Shown here in pieces: positions 21,827 through 32,118 of a stretch of 64,000 nt of DNA. Position numbers and translations under genes: made by a program. A model generated the notes under the pieces. It saw only the letters and a list, made by a program, of their open reading frames with translations. It was not told where the DNA came from and ran no database searches. This stretch comes from an uncultured Acidimicrobiales bacterium (GTDB lineage: Bacteria; Actinomycetota; Acidimicrobiia; Acidimicrobiales; VFJN01), in contig CAVZUI010000009.1 of assembly GCA_963778415.1 (NCBI GenBank), positions 70,169-134,168 of the forward strand. Direction: 5' to 3'. Numbering within the stretch: position 1 is the stretch's first letter; every line of letters begins with the position of its first letter.

Positions 21827-22339
21827 TCATCCGCTGCCGTCAGCGGCCTCCTTGACCGCCGCGTCCACGTCGGCCGCGCTGATGTCGTCGAGCTGCTTGG
21901 CGATGTGCTTCTCGGCCTTCAGCTCCGCCTTGTCGAGCGCGGACTCGAGGGTGCTCGCGCCGATGACCAGGAGTGCGGCCTCGCCGTCGTCGATCAGCTC
22001 GCCGAGGTCCTTGACGTCGGACCGGGAGATGCCGCGCCAGAGGTGGCCGCCGACGCCACCGACGGCCGCGCCGACGACCGCGCTGCCGAGGATCGACGGC
22101 GGGAACAGGATGCCGAGGACGGCGCCTGCGGCCGCGCCGCCCCAGCCGCCGTGCCGGGTCGCCATCTCGTCCTTGTTGACGTGGACCTTGCCGGAGGAGT
22201 CCTTCGTGACGACCGCGGCGTCGTAGGTGCCGACGACGTCGACGGCGTGGAGGTCCTTCACGACGTCGTAGTCGGCCCGAGCGGCGTCTTCGCTCGGGTA
22301 GGTGCCGATGTAGAGGAACATCCCGTCTGCCTTGGCCAT
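21827..22339 (-). CDS. DUF1269-like glycine-zipper membrane protein
   Basis: YDAAVVTKDSSGKVHV; GAAAGAVLGILFPPSILGSAVVGAAVGG; GEAALLVIG. Confidence 0.85.
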   Translation of the reverse strand: MAKADGMFLYIGTYPSEDAARADYDVVKDLHAVDVVGTYDAAVVTKDSSGKVHVNKDEMATRHGGWGGAAAGAVLGILFPPSILGSAVVGAAVGGVGGHLWRGISRSDVKDLGELIDDGEAALLVIGASTLESALDKAELKAEKHIAKQLDDISAADVDAAVKEAADGSG

Positions 22340-22396
22340 GGTTCTTCCTCTCTGTGGGGGTTGCCTCCATCATCGGCCGAGGAGGCGTGGCGGTCG

Positions 22397-22413
22397 TCAC
22401 TCGGAACGGATGA
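22397..22413. promoter_or_regulatory. Palindromic site TCACTC-N5-GGATGA upstream of the DUF1269 gene
   Basis: 58 bp from the ATG; GATGAT follows 22 nt later on the minus strand. Confidence 0.55.
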
Positions 22414-22481
22414 AACCGGTCGAAGCCGTCGGGGCCCGGGAGGCTGGCCTGACCTGATCGGCCCGGAGCTACGCTCGTCCG

Positions 22482-23873
22482 GTGCTGGTCAGGGCCCCTT
22501 CCACCGCAGGCGGTGACGCGCCCGCGGCGGCCGTTGCGCCGGCGCGGTCGCCGCGGCTCCGGTCGTCCGTGGCTGCGAGCCTCGCCGGCAAGGCGGCCGA
22601 GATGGTCACGCTCGTCCTGCTCGCCACGGTCGTCCCGCGGGCGCTCGGGCCCGAGGACTACGGCCACTTCGCCGTCCCGCTGACCGTGGTCACGCTGGGC
22701 TCGCTGGCGATGACGCTGGGCGGCCCGACGCTGATGGCGCGCTACGTGCCGACGGCAACGGTCGGGGAGCGCCCGGCGCTGGCGCGGGCGATCGGCACGC
22801 CGGCTGGCCAGGGGCCGGGCCGTCCAGTGCGGTGCGCTCGCCGTCGTGGCGCTCGCGGCGGTGGTGTGGGATCCCGAGCGCTTCCCGCCGCTCGCCACCG
22901 CCCTGGTGGTCCTCGCGCTGGCCCTCAACGTCGGCACCACCCTGGCGCTCCAGGTCACGCTCGGGTTGGGGCGCGCCGGGCCGTGGAGCGCCCGGTACCC
23001 GGTGCAGAACACCGTCCTCGTGGTGGCGGTCCTCGTCCTGCACGCGGGCGTTCGGGACGACGGGTGCCACCGTCGCCCTCGTCGTCGCGGCGTCGGTGGC
23101 CGCGGCGTCTGGCGGCCGCCGTGCTCGTCCCCGTGGTGCGGGCCGACGTCGCTCGCGGTGCCGGTGCCGCCGGGTGCGATCCGGTTCGGGGCCCTCAACG
23201 CCACCGGCGCCGCGCTCGGTGCAGTGTGCGCACCGTGGCGGCGTCGTGGCGGTGGCCGTGCTCGTCGGGTCGGCCGTCGAGACGGGCTACGCGGCGCTGG
23301 CGATCGGCATCGCGCTCGGTGCCACCTACGCCGTCCTGCAGACCTTCACCGTCACGCTGCCCCACCTGGCCGGCCGGTCGGCCGCCGACGGTCTGGACGA
23401 CGGCCACGACCGCTCCGGCGCCCGGCCCGGCCGAGGCGGTGCTGCGGCGCCTGGCCGGGGGGCTGCTGGTGGTCGTCATCCCGGCGGCCCTCGGTGCGGC
23501 CGTGCTGCTCGACACGCTCGTGCCTGCGGCGTTCGGCCATCGCTACGCCGCCGCGTCCGCGGCGTTCGGGCCCGCCCTCGCCGTCGTCGTCCTGGCGCCC
23601 CTGTCGGCGCTCGTCGTGCAGGCCGCCGCCCTGCGGCTGCAGCCCGAGGTGGCGCTGGCGAGCGGCGTCGCCACGTTCGCCGGGTTCCTCGTCGGCGTGT
23701 TCGCCCTCGTGCCCCTCTGGTCGGCGGCCGGTGCCACCGCAGCAGCGCTCGTGGGGGTGGCGGCGGGCACCGCGGTGGCGGTCTGGCGGCTGCCAGGGGC
23801 GGCGGGATGGCCGGTCGTGGCGGCGTCGTTCCTGGGGGCGACGGCGGTGCTCGGCCTCGCGGTCGTCGCGTGA
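22482..23873 (+). CDS. Wzx/MOP-family polysaccharide flippase-like membrane protein (frameshifted; start uncertain)
   Basis: VVPRALGPEDYGHF, VETGYAALA, FGHRYAAA; many TM segments over three frames. Confidence 0.75.
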   Translation: MLVRAPSTAGGDAPAAAVAPARSPRLRSSVAASLAGKAAEMVTLVLLATVVPRALGPEDYGHFAVPLTVVTLGSLAMTLGGPTLMARYVPTATVGERPALARAIGTPAGQGPGRPVRCARRRGARGGGVGSRALPAARHRPGGPRAGPQRRHHPGAPGHARVGARRAVERPVPGAEHRPRGGGPRPARGRSGRRVPPSPSSSRRRWPRRLAAAVLVPVVRADVARGAGAAGCDPVRGPQRHRRRARCSVRTVAASWRWPCSSGRPSRRATRRWRSASRSVPPTPSCRPSPSRCPTWPAGRPPTVWTTATTAPAPGPAEAVLRRLAGGLLVVVIPAALGAAVLLDTLVPAAFGHRYAAASAAFGPALAVVVLAPLSALVVQAAALRLQPEVALASGVATFAGFLVGVFALVPLWSAAGATAAALVGVAAGTAVAVWRLPGAAGWPVVAASFLGATAVLGLAVVA

Positions 23874-24763
23874 CGGGCGCCGAGGCCGGTCAGCCGACGG
23901 CGTACACCGGTGCCCGACGGGCCGGCGGTGTCGGTGGTGGTCCCCACGCGCGATCGACCCGTCCGCAGCTCGACGCCTGCCTGGCGGCGCTCGAGGCCCA
24001 GACCGCCCGCAGCTACGAGGTCGTCGTGGTCGACGACGGCTCGGTCGACGCCGCGGCGGTCAGCGCCGTCGTCGCCCGGGCGCCGCACGCCCGGCTCGTG
24101 CGGGGTGGCGGGCGTGGCCCGGCCGCGGCCCGGAACCTGGGGGCCGCGGCGGCCCGCGGGCCGGTCCTGTGCTTCACCGACGACGACTGCCGTCCCGAGC
24201 CGGGATGGATCGAGGCCCTGGTGGCGGGCGTCGACGACGGGACGGCTGTCGCCGGTCCGACGCAGAACGGCCGGCCCGGTGACCCCTTCGCCGCGGCATC
24301 CCAGGCGATCACCAACCACCTCGCCGGTGCGTCGCTCGACCCCGGCACACGGCGCCTGGGGTTCGCGCCCACGAGCAACCTGGCCTGTTCGGCCGCCCTC
24401 CATCGGACCCTGCGGTTCGACGAGAGCTTCCCGCTCGCGGCGGGGGAGGACCGCGACTGGTGCACCCGCCTGGCCGCCGCCGGTGCCGTGCTGCTCTACG
24501 AGCCGGGCGCCACGGTGGCACACCACCAGGACCTGTCCTGGCGCCGGTTCTGGCGCCAGCAGGAGCGCTACGGCCGCGGTGCGTTCGCCTACCGCCGGGC
24601 CGACCGCGCCGGCGACCGAGGGCTGCAGTCCCCGGGCTTCTACCTCGGCCTGGTGCGTGCCGGGTTCGACCGAGGGCGTGGTGCCGGGCCTGCTGGTGCT
24701 CGTGGCGCAGGTGGCGACGGCCACGGGCGTGGCGCGCGCCGCGTGCTCGCGTCCCGGGGCTGA
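23870..24763 (+). CDS. GT2 family glycosyltransferase (frameshifted)
   Basis: VSVVVPTRDR; EVVVVDDGS; GPAAARNLG; LCFTDDDC; GEDRDW; QQERYGRG. Confidence 0.9.
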   Translation: MTGAEAGQPTAYTGARRAGGVGGGPHARSTRPQLDACLAALEAQTARSYEVVVVDDGSVDAAAVSAVVARAPHARLVRGGGRGPAAARNLGAAAARGPVLCFTDDDCRPEPGWIEALVAGVDDGTAVAGPTQNGRPGDPFAAASQAITNHLAGASLDPGTRRLGFAPTSNLACSAALHRTLRFDESFPLAAGEDRDWCTRLAAAGAVLLYEPGATVAHHQDLSWRRFWRQQERYGRGAFAYRRADRAGDRGLQSPGFYLGLVRAGFDRGRGAGPAGARGAGGDGHGRGARRVLASRG

Positions 24764-24875
24764 CGCGTCAGGGGATCCGCGGATCGGTCACGTCGGCTCG
24801 TCCTCGACGGCTTCGCCGCCGAGAGCGCAACGAGGTTGCTTCCCGCTCCTGGCGCCTTCGGCGCCGGGCCGCTCT

Positions 24876-24932
24876 CCCTATAGATCGACACCTGTTGCAC
24901 GCGATCAGGTTCGGGAGGTGTCGATCATAGGG
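24876..24932. repeat. 17-bp inverted repeat with 22-nt loop (REP-like element or bidirectional terminator)
   Basis: CCCTAT(A)GATCGACACCT ... AGGTGTCGATCATAGGG between convergent stops. Confidence 0.65.
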
Positions 24933-24964
24933 ATCGGGCCACGGCCTCGCCTGTCGGCTCGGCC

Positions 24965-26473
24965 TCAGCGCTGCAGCAACGGTTCGCCGGCCATGTCGGA
25001 CGTGTCGAGGCCCGACAGGGCGGCGGCGGTGGCGGCGACGTCCTCGAGCCGCGGCGCCCGGGTCGGGTCGACGGGCCGGGACGCCCCCGGGATCACGAGC
25101 GCCCAGGCGTCCCCCTCGGTGTGGTTCCCCGACCGCCCGCTGCCGACGCCGTGGCGCAGGACCGTCCCGAACCGCTCGGACCGCACGCCCTCGATGCGCG
25201 TGGCCGGCCGTGCGGTCCACCGGACGATGAGGTCGGGCAGCTGGTGGGCGCGTTCGCCGGTGCCGAACATGTCGGCCACCCGGTCGACCGACTCGACGGC
25301 GGGCGAGCCGTCGAGGTCGACGAAGCTCCGCAACCCGTCGGCGATCTCGTCCAGCAGTGCGTCGGCGTCGTCGGGGTGCACGATGCCGTCGCGCTCGCGG
25401 CCGTGCAGGTTGAGCCGCACGTACCCCTGGTTCTCGGCGGGGTGGGCGAAGGCCCGGGTCCGGCTCCAGTCGACGCCCCGCATCTCGAGGCGGGCCGTGA
25501 GGTCGAGCGCCTGCCGCTCGGGCAGCGTCGACGGCCACCTTCGCCCGCAGCCCGCTCGGCAGGGCCGCCCGCAGCTTCCAGATCGAGCCCGACGGACCGG
25601 CCTGGCGCGGCCCCGGGCTCGAGGATCGCCCGCAGCATCTCGGGCAGCAGGTCGGCCCGGCTCGTGTTCACGTCCATGCCGACCGGCGACACGACCAGCA
25701 CGTCGGCCCCCGCCGGCAGGGCGGCGACCACGCGGGCGAGGGCGGCGTCCACGGCCTGGTACACCTGCTCGAGGGTGCCGCCCAGCACGCGCTCGGCATC
25801 CGCGTCGAGGTCGTCGGCGTCGAGCTGCGACAGGTCCCAGAACTGGTGCCCGGCCACGTGCGCAGCGCAGAACGTCAGCCACGCCAGGTCGAAGGGCTGC
25901 TCGGCGAGGAGGAGCGCGGCGGCGTCTGCGACCCGTGCCGGTGCGCCCAGCAGCCGGCGGCGCAGGCCCAGCATCTCGCGCACCGTGTGGCGGCCGAACA
26001 CCTCGTCGACGGGCTCGGGCCGGCCGAAGAGGCGCTCGAGGCGGCCGTGGGTGTCGCCGGGCGCCGACCACCGCTGCAGCACCACCCGGTCGTGCAGCTG
26101 CCACCCGCACACCAGCGCGCCGGGCGGCGCCTCGGCGGGTGGGCGGCTCTCGTAGGGGTCGACGGCCAGGGTGCGCGTCCCGTGGGCGCCCAGCCGCTCC
26201 CACACGGGGGCCGGGGCCGGCAGGTCGCCCATGTAGTGGACCCGCTGATCGGCGGCGGACCACTGGAAGGGGTAGAAGAGCCCGTGCTCAGCCAGCTCGA
26301 CCCCGCTGTACAGCGTGTGCTGGGCGCCCGCCGCGAACCTCGTGGCCGGCGCGTCGAGCTCGTGCCAGACGCCGCGCTCGCGCAGCGTCGTCAGCGCGGG
26401 CAGCCGCCCGTCGGACGAGCATCTTGTCGATCAACGACGCGCTGGCCGCGTCGAACTGGAGGATCGCCAGCAT
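24965..26473 (-). CDS. AlkP-superfamily (nucleotide pyrophosphatase/type I phosphodiesterase-like) protein with divergent active site; frameshifted
   Basis: MLAILQFDAA; TLYSG...HG; AHVAGHQFWD; VDWSRTRAF; GYVRLNLHGRERDGIV; PDLIVRW; SGNH. Confidence 0.8.
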
Positions 26474-27446
26474 CAGTGCACTCCCGCGGAGGTGATGGGG
26501 GTTCGGCGGCCGCCGGCGGCGGCGCTGGCCCGGGCGGCGTCGACGACGACCATGACCGCGTGCCCGTCGGCGGCGGTGCCGAGCGTCGGTGTCGGCTCCC
26601 GCCGGCGGCGCGGCGAACGCCTCGATCTGGCCCGCGAGCGTGGTCACCAGCGTGGTCGGGCCGGTCCTGCCGAGCCGGCCTCGCACGGCGGCCGCCAGGC
26701 CGCCGAGGCGGTGGCGGGCGACCAGGCCGCCGCGGGCGTCACGCAGCTCGATCGAGCTCGGCGTGGGGCCGGTCGGTCGCGGCGCGCAGCGTCGCCCGGC
26801 CCCGGCCCAGCGTGAGGTCGAGCGCGGCCCGGTCGGGCGTGCACTCGGCGCACGCCACGTCGGTCACCTCGGAGCCGGTGATCCACCGGGCCCAGTCGAT
26901 CAGGTGGGGACCGAGGTCGAGCAGCGCGTCGTCGCGGACGTGGTACGCGCCCCACCCCGCCCGCCGGTAGCCGATCTCGAGGCGCAGCTCGACGTCGCCG
27001 TCGGCCGGGACGGCGGCGCGCACGGCGGCCGCACCCGGGTCGAAGCGGCGGTTGAACCCCACCCAGGGGGCGGGCGAGATCGGCGACCAGGCCGGCGGCG
27101 TCGGCCGCGTCGACCGCGGGAGGCTTCTCCACCAGCGTGGCGACGCCTGCGGCCGCGGCCCGCTCGGCGTCGCCCCGGTGGGCGGCGGCGGGCGTGGCCA
27201 GCACGACGCCGTCGACAGCCCCACCCGCCAGCAGCGAGGCCGCGTCGGGGAAGGTGGCGACGGCGTCGCCGGCACGGGCCCGACCCCGGCGGCGGTCGCC
27301 AACCTCGCGACCAGGGCGCGGCGGGACGGATCGGGGTCCGCCACGGCGACGAGCCGGACGCCGGGCACCTGTGCGAGCGCCGGGACGTAGCCGGCCTCGG
27401 CGAGGCGTCCGCAGCCGACGAGCCCGAGGGCGAACGGGTTGCTCAC
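26473..27446 (-). CDS. Gfo/Idh/MocA NAD(P)-dependent oxidoreductase (frameshifted)
   Basis: GLVGCGRLA; VAVADPD; VEKP; VGFNRRF; DLGPHLID; TGATG coupling to the next gene. Confidence 0.88.
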
Positions 27447-28417
27447 GGGCCCAGCGTGGTGCCGCCGGCGGGGGCGGGCTCGACGATCGTCCGCTGCTGG
27501 CGGGCGGACGTCGCCCACACGACCGTCGCCGCGGCGAGACCCGCCGGCACGGCGGCCACCGACACCACGTGGTGCAGCCCGTGCAGGCCCACCCCGAGCA
27601 CGGCCTGCACGGGGCCGAGCCGTCGCAGGAGGAGCAGGTAGAAGGCCCGGTTGAGCCCGAGCAGGGCGGCCGTGGCGCCGACCACGGGCAGCGCCATGCC
27701 GAGAGCCGCCGAACACGAGGCCGACGACGCAGGCGGCCGCGCTCAGGCGGTGACGCCAGCCGCAGTTGAGGGCACTCGACACCCGTCGGTTGCGCACCTG
27801 CAGCGCGACCCACGGGATGCCGCGGCGGGCGAAGTCGGTCCAGAGCATCGAGCGCAGCGTCCACACCTTGAGGTGGGTCCCCTGGATGGCGGGGTCGAGG
27901 ACGATCCGCGCCCCGGTCGCCGCCAGCTGGTGGCCGAAGTCGATGTCCTCGATCGACGGATGCGGGTAGCGCGCCTCGTCGAAGCCCCCGACGGCCAGGA
28001 AGTCCGACGCGTCGCACGGCCCCGAGCCCCGTCCAGAACGTCTCGGCCGGTCCCGCTCCCGACTGGTGCACGTGGTGGTGGAGCAGGTTGCGGAACGCGG
28101 AGACGGTGGCCCGGTCGGCCGGGCTGTCGTCGTAGGAGCCGTAGACCGCGACGAGGCCGGGGTCCGACGCGAACGCGGCGCGCAGCCGGGTGAAGGCGTC
28201 GGGGCGGACCGTCACGTCGGCGTCGACGAACACGACGACGTCGGCGGTGGCCCGGTCGACACCGGCGTTGCGGGCCGCGGCAGCCGACAGCGACGCGCGG
28301 ACCGTCGACGACGATGATCTCGTCCGGCGTGTCGTCGGCCGCCCGGATGGCCGCCAGGCACCGCGCCAGCGTGGGGGGCGCATCTGTCGCCGGGATGACG
28401 ACGGCCAGGTCGATCAC
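27443..28417 (-). CDS. GT2 family glycosyltransferase with C-terminal TM helices (frameshifted)
   Basis: LAVVIPA; IIVVD; AARNAG; VVFVDADV; SIEDIDFG. Confidence 0.88.
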
Positions 28418-28423
28418 CGGCCG

Positions 28424-28448
28424 ACTATAGGTGCATAGCCTTGCCTAA
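28424..28448 (-). promoter_or_regulatory. Leaderless promoter (-10 TATAGT) abutting a DtxR/IdeR-like box
   Basis: Minus strand TTAGGCAAGGCTATGCACC (28448-28430), then TATAGT, 6 nt, GTG start at 28417; 13/19 match to TWAGGTWAGSCTWACCTWA. Confidence 0.45.
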
Positions 28449-29882
28449 GGTCCAGCGGAAGGGTTGCAGCCGATGGCGTAGGCGGCCCACTGCACGTGAC
28501 CGACCGAGTTCGGTGACCTCGTCGGGCGGCCGGACCGCCAGCCGTGCGTCCTCGGCCCGTCCCGCCCGCACGAACGACCACCGCGGGCCGGGCGCCGACC
28601 CGACGCTCGACCCGGTCGAGCGGCACGTCGAGCTTCCAGGCCATGGCGACGCGGGGCACGTCCGACTGACGCACCACCACTCGTGCCGCACGCCAGCACC
28701 GCGTCCGGCCCGCCGGCCCGCTCGATCACGAGGTCGAGCTGGCTGTTCGAGCTCGGCTCGGTACGTCACGCCGTCGACCACCGTGCCGAACGACGACACC
28801 CGGGTGACCACGAAGGGCAGGCTCACGGCCACGATCACGGCGACGCCGCCGAGCCGGGCGGCGCCCCGCGGGACTGCGTTCACGATGCGGACCACGCCCA
28901 CACCGGCCAGCACGCACACGATCGCCGCCGCGGGGAGGAGGAAGCGGCTGAGGGCGGCATAGCCGAGGGTCACGCTCATGGCGCCGACCAGCAGCGAGCC
29001 ATGCCGCGGCGCCCGCACCGAGCGCGAGCAGCGTCCGCTCGCGGCGGCGCCAGGCGGTCACGAGCGCGGCCGCAGCCGCGAGCCACGCGGGCGTCACGAC
29101 CATCCTCGCCGTCCGCGCCCAGACGAGACCCAGACGGTCCGCGAGCCCGCTCGACTCGACCTGTGCGGCGCCGGCACCGTGCCAGACGTCGCCCGAACCC
29201 CACCAGTCGGCGCCGAACCACAGCACCGGCACGACGGCCAGTGCGACCGCGACGAGCGGCCGGCGGGCCGGCTCGCGTCGCCACAGCCACACGGCGTAGA
29301 CGACGAGGAACGGCCAGGCCTCGGGGCGTTCGAGCGAGCAACGCGGTCGCCAGGAGCAGCGCCTGGCGCGTGCCGTCCCTCGAGGTGGCGGTCGACGGCC
29401 CACAGGCAGAGCGTGGCCGTGACCGGTGCCGAGTGCCCCTCGACCACGAGGCGCAGGAAGCGGGGACCGCCGTCGGGGGTGAGCAGCAGGAGGCCGGCGG
29501 CCACCACCCCGGCGGCCGGGCCGGCGAACCGGGCCGCCAGCCGGTACGTGACCACGACGGCGAGCAGGCCCGCGGTCCTCGCGACGACGAGCCACAGAGT
29601 CGGTGCGAGGTCGCCCACGATGCGCCAGCACGGTGGTCACCAGGACCGGGAGGGGCTTCCACGACGGTCCGCCGGTGGTGTCGAGGTCGAGGTGGCCGAC
29701 CTCGCGCCCCCAGACGAGCCAGGCCCACGGGTCGAACGCCAGCGTCGCGGGCAGCGCCAGGGACAGCACCGAGATGGCGGCGCACACCGCGACCACCACG
29801 GCACCCTTCGGCACCCGCCGCCGTCCGACCGACGGCGCGTGGCCGCGCGCGACCGCACCGCGACGTCGTCGACGACCGTCAC
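28445..29882 (-). CDS. Polytopic membrane protein, GT-C-like glycosyltransferase candidate (frameshifted)
   Basis: First loop AFDPWAWLVWGRE...GPSWKPLP; RPEAWPF; RFLLP; many TM segments; GTGA overlap with the ABC ATPase stop. Confidence 0.6.
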
Positions 29883-30956
29883 CGTGGTGACGAGGCGGCC
29901 GCCAGCACGCTCACCGGTCCGGCCACCCACACGTGCACCTCGTCGCCCTGGCGCCACGGCGACGAGCCGTGACTGCGGCTGCGGAGCCGCTGCCCGCTCG
30001 GGAGCTCGAGTCGGATGAGCTGGTCGTGGCCGAAGTACGACCGACCGATCACCCGGGCCTTGGCCGCGCCGTCGGGGATCTCGACGCCACCCGACTTGCG
30101 GTCGACGGGCCGGTGGGCGGCGCTGATGGCCACGCTCTCGGGCCGGACCACGACGTCGACGGCGCCGCGCAGCGCGACGGTCGGCCGGGAGCCGCCCGAG
30201 CTCGCAGTCGATCACGTCGCCGTCGGCCATTCCGGGCAGGACGTCGGCGGCGCCGAGGAACTCGGCGGCCCACCGCGTCTCGGGGTGGTCGTAGACGTCC
30301 TCGGGCGTGCCGGCCTGCTCGACGCGGCCGTCGCGCATCACCACGACCTGGTCGGCGAGCGAGAGCGCCTCCTGCTGGTCGTGGGTCACGAGCAGGGCAC
30401 TGGCGCCGGCCGCTCGCAGGATCGCCACGACCTCCTCGCGCAGCGACTCGCGGAGCCCGGCGTCGAGCGAGGCGAACGGCTCGTCGAGCAGGACGACCTC
30501 GGGATCCGTGGCCAGAGCACGGGCCAGCGCCACGCGCTGGCGCTCACCGCCCGACAGCTCGTGCGGGTACGAGCGGGCCCGGTCGGCCAGCCCGACCAGC
30601 GCCAGGCACTCGTCGACCCGCCCGGCGGCGGGCTCGCCGAACGCCGACGTTGGCGCCGACCGTGAGGTGGGGGAACAGGGCGCCGTCCTGGAACACCATG
30701 CCCACCCGCCGCCGGTCGGGCTCCTCCCACACGTCCGGGACCGGCGACGACCCGGCCCCCGATCTCGACCGTGCCGGCATCGGGCGACCTCGAACCCGGC
30801 GACGACCCGCAGCAGCGTGGTCTTCCCGGATCCGCTGGGGCCGAGGAGCGCGACCAGCTCGCCGTGTCCGACCTCGAGCGACGCGTCGTCGACCGCCGTG
30901 GTGCGGCCGAACGCCTTGCGGATGTCGGTGGCCCGGATGGCCGGGGCGCTCGTCAC
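29879..30956 (-). CDS. ABC transporter ATP-binding protein, FbpC/PotA-like with C-terminal TOBE (frameshifted)
   Basis: Walker A GPSGSGKT; LSGGERQR; LLDEPF; VTHDQ; TAGGGT-N6-GTG suggests a leaderless start. Confidence 0.92.
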
Positions 30957-31074
30957 GGCGGGACCCTACCTGTGCAGCGATGGGAGACCTTCAGGCCGGT
31001 CTCCGTCTCTTGTTCGGGATGCCTACGTCCCTACACTAAGCGGCGTTCCCAGCCCGTCCGCCGAAGAGAGCACC

Positions 31075-32118
31075 ATGCTGTCGAAGCTCATCCGCCGCCG
31101 GTGGCCCATCCCGCTGATCGCCGGCGTCCTCGTCGCTGTCCTCGTCGGTGGCGGGCTCGTCGCGGCCAGCGCGGGCGACGACGCGCTCGTCGTCTACAAC
31201 GGCCGGTCGCACTACGGCGACGAGCAGGTGTTCGCCGACTTCGAGGAGGCGACCGGCATCGACGTGGAGCTGCGCGGCGGGACCGGCCCCGAGCTGTACG
31301 AGCGCCTGCGCCGCGAGGGTGACGACACCCCCGCCGACGTCCTCGTGACGACCGACCTGGCCAACCTGTGGCGAGCCGAGGAGGCGGGTCTGCTCCAGGG
31401 CGTCGATCACCCCGACGCTCGAGGAGAACGTCCCCCCGGCGCTCCACGAGGACGACGGGTCGTGGTGGGCGATCACCACCCGGCTGCGCGTCCCCGTGGT
31501 GGCGACCGACCGGGTGTCGCCCGACGAGGTGACGAGCTACGAGTCCCTCGGCGACCCCCGGTTCCGCGGCCGCACGTGCCTCCGCACGTCCAACAACGAG
31601 TACAACCAGTCGCTCGTGGCGGACATGATCGTCAAGCGGGGTGCCGAGGCCACCGAGGCGCTGCTGCGCTCGTGGATGGACAACGACCCCACGATCATCA
31701 ACTCCGACGGCGAGCTGCTCGCCGGTGATGGCCGCAGGCGACTGCGACGTCGGCCTCGTCAACCACTACTACCTGGCCCGAGCCCTCGAGGAGGACCCCG
31801 ACTTCCCGGTCGCGCCCGCCTGGCCCGACCAGGGCGAGGCGGCGCCGGCGCCCACGCCAACGTGTCGGGCGCCGGCGTGGTGCGCGGCGTCCGACCGCGT
31901 CGACGACGCCACCGCAGCTGCATCGAGTACCTCACATCGCCGCGCGGCGCAGGAGGAGATCGTCTCCCGCGGCGAGTTCGCCGCCAACCCCGCCGTGCCG
32001 CCCGCGCCCGTGGTCGCCGACTGGGCCGGGGTGAAGATCGACCCCATCGCGGTGAACGAGGCCGGCCCGGTGCTCGACCAGGCCGTCGCGCATGATGCTC
32101 GACGTCGGGTGGAACTGA
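31075..32118 (+). CDS. Fe3+ ABC transporter substrate-binding protein (FbpA/FutA-like; frameshifted)
   Basis: N-terminal anchor; LVVYNGRSHY; FEEATGI; TPADVL; YNQSL; VNHYY iron-ligand tyrosine pair; NVSGAGV. Confidence 0.85.

Noticed and set aside
23870-24763. Mycofactocin glycosyltransferase MftF
   Set aside because: Only generic GT2 motifs; no mftA-E genes nearby
30957-31074. Hairpin GGAGACC...GGTCTCC in the iron ABC spacer as a riboswitch or IdeR site
   Set aside because: No cobalamin/TPP/other riboswitch signature recognised and no adequate IdeR match
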